Shown here piece by piece: positions 26,348-34,107 of a stretch of DNA of 64,000 bases. Origin of the DNA: an uncultured Collinsella sp. (GTDB lineage: Bacteria; Spirochaetota; Spirochaetia; Treponematales; Treponemataceae); assembly GCA_963613915.1 (NCBI GenBank), contig CAVEBK010000003.1:1702-65701 (forward strand). The letters are read 5' to 3'. The notes under the pieces are model-generated. The model did not search any database. It had not been told where the DNA came from and saw nothing but the letters and a program-made list of their open reading frames with translations. The number at the start of each line of letters is the position of its first letter. Position 1 is the stretch's first letter. A program made the position numbers and the translations under genes.

Positions 26348-28069
26348 TTAATTTCCCCAGGACATCATCTGTTCGTCGATTGGTTTTCCAGGAATTGCCA
26401 TCGGGAAAATCATTTCGTCAATATCAACAATCGTATCTACAATGAACGGCTTTTTCTGATCAAAGGCTTCTTTAAAGACTTTTTCAAATTCAGCATTGTT
26501 ACTGGCTTTTAAATAGCCGATTCCGTAAGCGTCGGCAAGTTTGCGCCAGTCTGGTCCAAAATCAAGAGTTGTGTGGCTGTAGCGTTTTTCGTAAAAGAGT
26601 TTCTGCCATACACGAACATTGCCTAAAGTGCCGTTATTAACAAGAACAATAACAATCGGCAGGTTGTAGCGGGCAATCGTACAAAGTTCGTTGCAGTTCA
26701 TGCGGAATGAACCGTCTCCTGCAATATGAACAACGCGTCCGGAAGGATTTGCAATCTGAGCTCCCATTGCAGCCCCGGTTCCGTAGCCCATTGTTCCAAG
26801 TCCGCCGGAAGTAAGGAAGGTTCTCGGCTTTTTAAACGGATAGAACTGAGCTGTCCACATCTGATGTTCACCGACTTCTGTTGTAATAAAAGCGTCGTCG
26901 CCTGCATATTTATTTACAGTTTCGAGCATAAACTTTGGATTTACAGAATCTGCTTTTACAGTATTGTAACTTGCAGGAATTTCTTTTTTCCAGCCTTCAA
27001 TTTTTTCAATCCATTCCGGTCTTTCTTTTTTTTCAATCAGCGGAATAAGTCTTGTAAGGATTGATTTTAAATCACCGACAAGTTCAGCACCAGCAGGAAT
27101 GTTTTTATTGATTTCTGCCGGATCAATGTCAATATGGAATACAGTTGCGTGCTCTGCAAATTTTTTAGGATCTCCGATTACGCGGTCAGAAAAGCGTGAA
27201 CCGAGGGCTAAAACAAGGTCGCTTTCTGTAACTGCCATATTGCTTGCCCTGGTTCCGTGCATTCCAACCATCCAAGTACAAAGAGGATGATCAGCCGGGA
27301 ACACATCGCGGCCCATAAGGCTTTCTGAAACCGGAATCTGTGCTTTTTCTGCAAATTCAAGAAGTTCTTTTTCTGCACCAGAAATTTTAATTCCACCGCC
27401 GGCATAGATTACAGGGCGGACAGATTTATTGATTATTTCTGCTGCTTTTTTAATTTCTTCATCAGAAGGAACTTTTACGGTTACAACGCGCTTAAAGTTT
27501 GAATTTTCTTTTATAAGGGAATCAAGACCACTGTCGCCCTTCTTTAAAGGTTCAAATTCACAGAAAGCGGCAGTAATGTCTTTTGGAATATCGATTAAAA
27601 CAGGGCCTGGTCTTCCTGACTTTGCAATTATAAATGCCTGACGGATTATATCAGCAAGGTCTTCAACCTTTTTTACCATAAAGTTATGTTTTGTAATTGG
27701 AAGGGTAACGCCTGTAATGTCAATTTCCTGGAAGGTATCTTTACCAAGAAGTGGAGTTCCAACATTGCAGGTAATTGCTACGACTGGAACAGAATCCATG
27801 TAAGCGGTTGCAATTCCTGTAACAAGGTTTGTAGCTCCAGGACCTGAAGTTGCCATACAAACGCCTACGCGTCCTGTAGAACGTGCATAACCGTCAGCAG
27901 CGTGGGCTGCGGCCTGTTCGTGTGCAGTAAGAATGTGATTAATGCGGTCAGAATTCCTGTAAAGAGCGTCATAAATATTAAGGATATTTCCACCAGGATA
28001 ACCAAAAACAGTGTCTACACCCTGCTCTACTAAACATTCAATTACAATCTGCGAACCATTAATTTTCAT
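26348..28069 (-). CDS. ilvB: acetolactate synthase large subunit (biosynthetic type)
   Basis: TPP enzyme with N-terminal GVDTVFGYPGG and a GDGSFRMN TPP-binding motif. Confidence 0.9.
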   Translation of the reverse strand: MKINGSQIVIECLVEQGVDTVFGYPGGNILNIYDALYRNSDRINHILTAHEQAAAHAADGYARSTGRVGVCMATSGPGATNLVTGIATAYMDSVPVVAITCNVGTPLLGKDTFQEIDITGVTLPITKHNFMVKKVEDLADIIRQAFIIAKSGRPGPVLIDIPKDITAAFCEFEPLKKGDSGLDSLIKENSNFKRVVTVKVPSDEEIKKAAEIINKSVRPVIYAGGGIKISGAEKELLEFAEKAQIPVSESLMGRDVFPADHPLCTWMVGMHGTRASNMAVTESDLVLALGSRFSDRVIGDPKKFAEHATVFHIDIDPAEINKNIPAGAELVGDLKSILTRLIPLIEKKERPEWIEKIEGWKKEIPASYNTVKADSVNPKFMLETVNKYAGDDAFITTEVGEHQMWTAQFYPFKKPRTFLTSGGLGTMGYGTGAAMGAQIANPSGRVVHIAGDGSFRMNCNELCTIARYNLPIVIVLVNNGTLGNVRVWQKLFYEKRYSHTTLDFGPDWRKLADAYGIGYLKASNNAEFEKVFKEAFDQKKPFIVDTIVDIDEMIFPMAIPGKPIDEQMMSWGN

Positions 28070-28230
28070 ACTGCGTCCAAACCACCACTATTTAAATTTT
28101 ATTGAATAATAAACAACAGAATAATTATCTGCTTATAAAAAAAGAATAAAAAAGTTGATTTTCATAAAAAGAATATTGTGAAAAACGCCTTGATTATAAT
28201 ATTTATTTATTCATTGCTCAATAAGCCGTG

Positions 28231-28285
28231 ATTTTCCGTATTTTGCATATTTTGAATATTTTGCATTTACTGTCATATCTTGCAT
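28231..28285. repeat. 9-bp tandem array (ATTTTGCAT-like, 4 good plus 2 degenerate units)
   Basis: attttccgt attttgcat attttgaat attttgcat ttactgtcat atcttgcat, in the divergent ilvB / yhhQ-like intergenic region. Confidence 0.7.
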
Positions 28286-28400
28286 TTTTTCTTTTAAGAA
28301 TATAGATTCTTTTCTGCGCAGTTTATGATTCCTCATAATTCTCCTGCGCATTATAAATCAAAATTCTTATGGAGGCGGGCGTTATTGCGTCCACACAGTT

Positions 28401-29159
28401 ATGAAAAAACTTTTTAACTTTTTCCGTTCTGAACTCGAAGACTACAAGGTTCTTTTGAGAAACATTCCTTCCCTTACAGTTGCATTTTTTATTATGTCGG
28501 TTGTCTGTGCAAACCTTCTTGCAAACAAGGAACTGGTCAGCTATAAATACCTGGCTCTCGACTGCGGTTTTACATTCAGCTGGATCATGTTTTTGTGCAT
28601 GGATGTTATCTGCAAGCGCTGGGGAACCAAGGCTTCGATCAAAGTTTCGTTTCTGGCTCTTTTTGTAAATCTCTGCCTTACGCTGATTTTTGCACTGCTT
28701 TCTAAAGCTCCTGGAATGTGGGGAGAATTCTACGCAACAGAAAACCCGGAAGTAAACAGAGCCTTAAATGCAACTTTTGGCGGTTCCTGGTATGTTGTTT
28801 TGGGTTCAGCTCTGGCTTCGATTACTTCGTCGGTTGTCAATTCAGTTTTAAACGGAGCAATCGGCAGGATTCAAAAAGGCAACGGATTTCTGGCATTTGC
28901 TGCACGTTCGTACATTTCAACTGCGGTAGGACAGTTTGTAGACAATTTTATCTTTGCTACGGTTGTTTCGAAAATCTTCTTTGGCTGGTCATGGACACAG
29001 GTTGTAATCTGTTCTGCCGTAGGAGCATTTTTTGAACTTTTATGCGAAGTTATTTTCTCCGGCCTGGGCTATAAAATTGTCCGCCAGTGGGAAAAAGAAA
29101 ACGTAGGCAAAGATTATTTTGAATATAAAGCATCTCTAAAGAAAACAGGAACAAGATAA
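28401..29159 (+). CDS. YhhQ/VUT (DUF165) family queuosine-precursor transporter-like membrane protein
   Basis: Polytopic protein. N-terminal ..LTVAFFIMSVVCANLLANK.. and ..GQFVDNFIF.. are typical of YhhQ. Confidence 0.7.
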   Translation: MKKLFNFFRSELEDYKVLLRNIPSLTVAFFIMSVVCANLLANKELVSYKYLALDCGFTFSWIMFLCMDVICKRWGTKASIKVSFLALFVNLCLTLIFALLSKAPGMWGEFYATENPEVNRALNATFGGSWYVVLGSALASITSSVVNSVLNGAIGRIQKGNGFLAFAARSYISTAVGQFVDNFIFATVVSKIFFGWSWTQVVICSAVGAFFELLCEVIFSGLGYKIVRQWEKENVGKDYFEYKASLKKTGTR

Positions 29160-29191
29160 CAAATATATAATCTTATTACTGAATAAAATCT

Positions 29192-29338
29192 GAATTTCAA
29201 TAACCCGCATAAAAAAAACAGCCTCTCGCCAAGAACCTTCTCCAATCCGCACGGTTGCGACAAGCGCAAAGTGCGTTTGGAGAGAGAACCTTGGCTACGG
29301 CTGTTTTTATATTTTTTTGTAAAATAAAATCAAAGTTC
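29192..29338 (+). repeat. MITE-like element, diverged copy A3
   Basis: aaacagcctctcgccaagaacct..ccgcacggttgcgacaagcgcaaagtgcg..gagaaccttggctacggctgttt. Its apical loop is the same as in copy A2. Confidence 0.7.
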
Positions 29339-29378
29339 ATCTGCTTTTTATAAAAATTACATAGAAGGAAAGGTCAAA

Positions 29379-30077
29379 ATGAAAGTTTTAATAACAGGAA
29401 CAAGCCGTGGCATAGGAAGAGCCTGCGCTACTAAATTCCTTGCAGAAAATCACGAAGTTTACGGGCTCGACATTCAGGGCGACACAATTTCTGCAGCAAA
29501 TGACATTCCGGATTCAAAAAATTACACTCATTTTACTGCCGATATTTCAAAAAACTCTTCTTTGCCAGACATTAGCGGAATCGAAATTCTCATAAACAAT
29601 GCAGGAATTCAAACTGCCAGCCTTGAATGCAGCGAAGGCGAAAAAGACATAAACACGAATCTTCTGGGAACAATGAATGTAACAGCAAAATATGCATTCC
29701 AGCCCAAGATAAAATCCGTACTTTTTAACGCTTCTGTTTCTGCCCTCAACGGCAATGAATTTCCTTTCTATGTTGCTTCAAAAGCAGGAATTGTCGGTTA
29801 CATGAAAAACGTTGCCATAAGGCTTGCAAACGAATACAGGGCAACAGCAAATGCAGTGTGCTTTGGCGGCGTTATTACAGAATTAAACGCTCAAGTAATG
29901 GAAGATAAAAAACTGTGGAAAAAAATAATGGACGTTACCCCGTTAAAACGCTGGGCAACAGCTCAGGAAGCCGCAGAATGGATTTACTTTTTAACTGCTG
30001 TAAACAAATTCTGTACAGGACAGGCAATCGATATTTCAGGCGGAGAGAGGAACTGCGCCGATTTATTCGTCTGGTAA
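29379..30077 (+). CDS. SDR family oxidoreductase
   Basis: TGTSRGIG Rossmann motif, NNAG, and catalytic YVASK. Confidence 0.85.
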   Translation: MKVLITGTSRGIGRACATKFLAENHEVYGLDIQGDTISAANDIPDSKNYTHFTADISKNSSLPDISGIEILINNAGIQTASLECSEGEKDINTNLLGTMNVTAKYAFQPKIKSVLFNASVSALNGNEFPFYVASKAGIVGYMKNVAIRLANEYRATANAVCFGGVITELNAQVMEDKKLWKKIMDVTPLKRWATAQEAAEWIYFLTAVNKFCTGQAIDISGGERNCADLFVW

Positions 30078-30114
30078 AAAAACAGAACAGAAATGCAAAG
30101 CCACCAAAGACAAA

Positions 30115-30166
30115 AAGCACCGGTTAAAGAAATTGAATTTTCTGAAAAACCAGTGCTTTTTTTTTG
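30115..30166 (+). terminator. terminator after the SDR gene
   Basis: gcaccggtt..aaccagtgc imperfect stem followed by T9. Confidence 0.5.
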
Positions 30167-30218
30167 TTTTTTGAATTTTTTAACCGCTGCGACAGGGACA
30201 GCGCAAATTCAGTATTTT

Positions 30219-31100
30219 TTATTGTGTTACAGTAATGTAAGAAATTTCATATCCCGTAACGGAATCATTAAATGAAATTTTTGAGATTTTTCCAGTAATA
30301 TCAACCATAGATTCTTCTTTGTACTCAATAACTTCATCATTGTTTGTATATACAACAATTGTAACAGGTTTTAAATCAGTATCTTTTGGGCTGAAAAGAC
30401 AGCTCAATTTATATGAATATCCTTCAACCTTGCTTTCATCAATGTTAACTACAAGTGCCTTTGTATTAATATCAGAACCTTCAACCGGGTGTTTTTTAAA
30501 CCAGAGTTTAGCTTTTAATTTATTTGCAGAATTCATTGCAACAGCCTGAAGAACAGTCAAATCAGTATAAGCTTTTTTTGCAAAAACTTCGTATTCAGCA
30601 TCAGAAAGTGCAAGAGTTTTTTCGATATCTTCTCCAATCATTTTATTTAATTTGTTTCTGGAAGATACCATAGATTCTGTACGTTCACCAGTTTCAGCTC
30701 CGGAACCGTTTACAGAAACGCTATAAATACTCTTTGCATTAACAGAATAAGTTCCATCTTTTTCAGAAATTTCAATATCCTGAACCTGTTTCTGCATACC
30801 TCCGAGAATCTTCATAAAAAGAATGGATTTTATAGCGTAAACACCACCATCAACATCTGCTTTATAAAGATAAGTGTAACCACTTGTTTTATCATCCGAA
30901 CCATTTCCATTATCAATGATCGCAAAAACAGCAGGAAGCAGTTCTCTTCCCTCAGGAATTGTTCCTGTAACAGCAGTTGAATCACCTGCAAGCTTAGAAA
31001 GATTTTTAGAAAGCGATCCCAATCCCATTGATTTAGCAGAAGCTAAACTAAAACAAGACATAAAAGCAATAGCAGCCATTAAGCCAGCAATTTTTTTCAT
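30219..31100 (-). CDS. secreted protein or lipoprotein of unknown function
   Basis: Signal peptide MKKIAGLMAAIAFMSCFSLASA (possible lipobox Cys16). AGGAG lies 7 nt before the ATG. No family recognised. Confidence 0.7.
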   Translation of the reverse strand: MKKIAGLMAAIAFMSCFSLASAKSMGLGSLSKNLSKLAGDSTAVTGTIPEGRELLPAVFAIIDNGNGSDDKTSGYTYLYKADVDGGVYAIKSILFMKILGGMQKQVQDIEISEKDGTYSVNAKSIYSVSVNGSGAETGERTESMVSSRNKLNKMIGEDIEKTLALSDAEYEVFAKKAYTDLTVLQAVAMNSANKLKAKLWFKKHPVEGSDINTKALVVNIDESKVEGYSYKLSCLFSPKDTDLKPVTIVVYTNNDEVIEYKEESMVDITGKISKISFNDSVTGYEISYITVTQ

Positions 31101-31133
31101 ACAAAACTCCTATGTAAAAAAAATATGGAAGAA

Positions 31134-31162
31134 AGCATACCCCCCCCCCCGTATTATGTCAA
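31134..31162 (-). promoter_or_regulatory. sigma70-type promoter TTGACA-17-TATGCT whose spacer contains a G11 tract
   Basis: Minus strand reads TTGACA taatacGGGGGGGGGGG TATGCT. It sits 33 nt upstream of the ATG of the 30219..31100 gene. Confidence 0.6.
31140..31150 (-). repeat. homopolymeric G11 (C11 on the plus strand)
   Basis: Direct read: ..catac cccccccccc g.. This is the only long G/C homopolymer I noticed in the window. Confidence 0.95.
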
Positions 31163-31242
31163 GAGTTTTGATTTTTTTGTTATTTTTACACTGTTATGTC
31201 TTTTATAATCTTAAAGCAGTCGTCAGAGTGTTTTTACTGCAT

Positions 31243-31274
31243 AAAAAAAAGACCGGAACACCCCGGTCTTTTTT
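31243..31274. terminator. bidirectional terminator downstream of the MsmX-like ATPase gene
   Basis: A8-gaccgg-aacacc-ccggtc-T6. Confidence 0.7.
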
Positions 31275-31295
31275 CTTACATTCTATTATGCAAAA

Positions 31296-32414
31296 TTACC
31301 ATTCTTTTTTGATTTCTGGTTCACAGATGTTAACTTCTGTATCCAGATCAAAGAATTTTGAACGATCCATTTTTGGAGTAAGGTTGATAGTGTCTCCAAG
31401 CTGTGGATTTACAACAGGGTCACACTTTGCAACGATGCTTACATTCTGAACCTGTACAAATACGTGAGTTTCTGCACCAAGTGGTTCTTTGTTTGTAACT
31501 TTTACAGCCATGTTGTTCTGTGCTGCCGGAGATTCATGATATTCAAGATCTTCTGGGCGAACACCAAACCAAACCTGTTTTCCAACATAAGCCTTAAGAT
31601 GTTTCTGCTGTTCTGCAGTTGGAACAAGTGTAAATGAACCTTCGTTAGCAATAACGCCTTCACCGCTGGCTTCGATTGTTACTTTAAAGAAGTTCATTGG
31701 AGGAGTTCCGATAAATCCGGCAACAAATTTGTTGATCGGGTGATTGTAAAGATACAGAGGTTCTCCAATCTGCTGAATGCGTTTTTCTGACATTACAACG
31801 ATTTTTGTACCCATTGTCATGGCTTCGATCTGGTCGTGTGTAACGTAGATCATTGTAGCCTTAAGACGATGATGAAGGTCAGAAATTTCTGCACGCATTG
31901 AAACGCGGAGTTTAGCGTCAAGGTTAGAAAGAGGTTCATCGAAAAGGAATACTTTTGGAGAACGAACAATAGCACGGCCAACTGCAACGCGCTGTCTCTG
32001 TCCACCGGAAAGAGCCTTTGGCTTACGTGTAAGATAGTTATCAAGGTCAAGGATTCTTGAAGCTTCGCGAACGCGGCGATCAATTTCTGCCTTGTCAGTT
32101 TTACGGATTTTAAGACCAAATGCCATGTTATCGTAAACAGTCATGTGCGGATACAAAGCATAGTTCTGGAATACCATTGCAATATTGCGGTCTTTTGGCG
32201 GAATGTCGTTCATAAGTTCACCGTCAATGTAAAGTTCACCGCCGGTAATGTCTTCGAGACCTGCAATCATACGAAGTGTTGTAGATTTACCACAACCAGA
32301 TGGTCCTACAAATACACAGAATTCTCCGTGTTCAATTGTTACATTTGATTTTTCAACAGCGAGAACATCACCGTCGTAAACCTTTGTAACCTCTTTAAGT
32401 TCAACCTTTGCCAT
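31296..32414 (-). CDS. sugar ABC transporter ATP-binding protein (MalK/MsmX/UgpC type), stand-alone
   Basis: GPSGCGKST, LSGGQRQR and a C-terminal TOBE-like regulatory domain. No permease genes are adjacent. Confidence 0.9.
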   Translation of the reverse strand: MAKVELKEVTKVYDGDVLAVEKSNVTIEHGEFCVFVGPSGCGKSTTLRMIAGLEDITGGELYIDGELMNDIPPKDRNIAMVFQNYALYPHMTVYDNMAFGLKIRKTDKAEIDRRVREASRILDLDNYLTRKPKALSGGQRQRVAVGRAIVRSPKVFLFDEPLSNLDAKLRVSMRAEISDLHHRLKATMIYVTHDQIEAMTMGTKIVVMSEKRIQQIGEPLYLYNHPINKFVAGFIGTPPMNFFKVTIEASGEGVIANEGSFTLVPTAEQQKHLKAYVGKQVWFGVRPEDLEYHESPAAQNNMAVKVTNKEPLGAETHVFVQVQNVSIVAKCDPVVNPQLGDTINLTPKMDRSKFFDLDTEVNICEPEIKKEW

Positions 32415-32605
32415 TTAGTTTTCCTCCTCGTGGCGAATAAGGGATTAGATTATGCGCTCTATATTAAAAAAAAAACAGATTGAATTCAATTATGTATTTT
32501 TATTTTTTTAAGATTTTACGCTATGGAAGATTGAAATTAGGGCATCTCTAAAAAATCATTTTCAATGCTTTTTTAAGGATGCCTACGGGATAAAACAAAA
32601 CCTAC

Positions 32606-32770
32606 GCCGGATTGCGTGCGACCTCCTGTCGCGCCAAGAAATGCATTTGCATTTCTTGCGGTCAACTGTCTTTATGCGCCATCCGTGGAGTCCTTTAGAA
32701 CATTCTGATTGTTTCTCCACGCAAATGCCCCGTAAACAAAGCACAGCGCCTTACGGACAAATGCCGTCCA
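32606..32770 (-). repeat. GC-rich structured intergenic element, copy R8
   Basis: gcgac-ctcct-gtcgc, caagaaatgca/tgcatttcttg, gcgccatccgtggag, and cgtggag..ctccacg. It is near-identical to the start of copy R6. Confidence 0.75.
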
Positions 32771-32779
32771 GAAAAAAAA

Positions 32780-33568
32780 CTAAAACAGCGATTTTACAAA
32801 AGGTTCGGCTTCTACAAAAAGAGCCGTAAAAAGCACCGCAGGAAGATAATTTGCTGTCTTTATTTTTTTAATTGCCATAATATTAAGGCCGATAAAAACG
32901 ATTAAAAGTCCGCCACTGCCTGTAATTTCGTCTAAAAGCTGATCTGTAACAAAAGGAGCAATCCAGTAAGACAAAACTGTAAGTGCGCCCTGGTAAATAA
33001 AAATTGAAAGCGCACTGAAAGCAGTTCCAACACCCATTGCAACCGCCATTCCAATCGCAATAAAACCGTCGAGAATTGATTTTAAAAGAATAATTGAATA
33101 ATCGTGTTCGATTCCGGCCTTAAACGAACCAATAATCGCCATTGCACCGACACAAAACAGCACGGAAGAATTTAAAAAAGCGTAGGCAAAATTCTTTTTT
33201 GGTTTTCCGCTCGAAAACTGAGCCGTTCCGGTGTTTATTTCTGCTGCAGTTTTTACGCCGGAAGAATCAAAACTTTTTTCTTCTTCCTGAACGTCCTGCT
33301 TAAACAAGCGCGCAAGTGCTTTTCCAGCCTTTAAAACCGCACCGTCAATATCGAGGGCAGTTCCAGTAATTCCACCTAAAATAATGGCAAGGGCAAGATA
33401 GACAACATTGTGATATTTTAATGCCATTTGGATTCCCATAATAAAAGTAACTCCGCCACAGGCAAAAGTAATTGAATCCGTCATTTTCTGAGGAATTTTT
33501 TTTGCAAAAAAAACTCCGATTAAAGAACCTGCAACAATCGCAAAACAGTTTATTAAAACAGCAAGCAT
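32780..33568 (-). CDS. DUF554 family membrane protein
   Basis: MLAVLINCFAIVAGSLIGVFF.. is typical of DUF554 (YdfK/YqgA-like). Start moved to 33568, because the upstream part of the ORF lies in repeat R11. Confidence 0.7.
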   Translation of the reverse strand: MLAVLINCFAIVAGSLIGVFFAKKIPQKMTDSITFACGGVTFIMGIQMALKYHNVVYLALAIILGGITGTALDIDGAVLKAGKALARLFKQDVQEEEKSFDSSGVKTAAEINTGTAQFSSGKPKKNFAYAFLNSSVLFCVGAMAIIGSFKAGIEHDYSIILLKSILDGFIAIGMAVAMGVGTAFSALSIFIYQGALTVLSYWIAPFVTDQLLDEITGSGGLLIVFIGLNIMAIKKIKTANYLPAVLFTALFVEAEPFVKSLF

Positions 33569-33582
33569 AATTTTTCCTTTTA

Positions 33583-33692
33583 TCGGGCGTTCCGGCACTT
33601 TGTGCCGTCGGGCTATCCAGGGTTCCGCGCCTTACGCGCTGCATGGGGCTGTTCAGCCCCACACCTTCGGTGCCCTTACTATCCCTAACGCA
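33583..33692 (+). repeat. GC-rich structured intergenic element, copy R11
   Basis: cggcac-tttg-tgccg, tcgggctatccagggttccgc, ggggct-gttc-agcccc, cttcggtgcccttactatccc. Confidence 0.75.
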
Positions 33693-33716
33693 TAAGTCCA
33701 AAGTTCTGCATAAAAT

Positions 33717-33747
33717 AAAAAAGGACTGCTCTAATCGAACAGTCCTT
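33717..33747 (-). terminator. terminator downstream of tRNA-Leu(GAG)
   Basis: aaggactg..cagtcctt 8-bp stem followed by T6 on the minus strand. Confidence 0.6.
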
Positions 33748-33753
33748 TAACTC

Positions 33754-33835
33754 TGCGGAGAAGCTGACTTGAACAGCCACGACTTGCGTCACCAGCACCT
33801 CAAGCTGGCGTGTCTACCAATTCCACCATCCCCGC
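33754..33835 (-). tRNA. tRNA-Leu (anticodon GAG)
   Basis: Reverse complement GCGGGGATGGTGGAATTGGTAGACACGCCAGCTTGAGGTGCTGG..GTTCAAGTCAGCTTCTCCGCA. It has a long variable arm and anticodon loop TTGAGGT. Confidence 0.9.
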
Positions 33836-33933
33836 GGAACGAGTATTATATTATCTAAAAGTGATTTTTTAGTCAACAGCAATTTTGCAAATTTCTTAAA
33901 AAAAAATCACTTTTTTTTTAAGATCTCAGATAA

Positions 33934-34078
33934 ACGTCGAACACCTCCTAAAAAATATTCAAATAGCCTCCCGTCGAGAACCTGCCAGCAAGCCGCACGG
34001 TTGCGACAAGCGCAAGGTGCGTTTGTGTCAGAACCTCTCCTACGGCTATTTGACATTTTCCGTAACAAAGTTCGACAT
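33934..34078 (+). repeat. MITE-like palindromic element, copy A2 (145 bp)
   Basis: By eye the arms are near-identical to copy A1. The apical 20 nt differ (cggttgcgacaagcgcaagg). Confidence 0.8.
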
Positions 34079-34107
34079 TTGCTTTATTTAAAGCTCAATT
34101 TTTACTT

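Noticed and set aside
28133-28165. A ten-codon minus-strand ORF (MKINFFILFL) upstream of ilvB, as a possible attenuation leader peptide.
   Set aside because: It has no Shine-Dalgarno and I could not identify alternative terminator/antiterminator hairpins. Such short ORFs arise by chance in AT-rich DNA.
28290-28400. A preQ1 riboswitch upstream of the YhhQ-like transporter gene.
   Set aside because: YhhQ genes are often controlled by a preQ1 riboswitch. I could not match the short P1 hairpin plus A-rich tail consensus by eye. I saw only a CTCC..GGAGG pairing that could occlude the Shine-Dalgarno. An Rfam/Infernal scan is needed.
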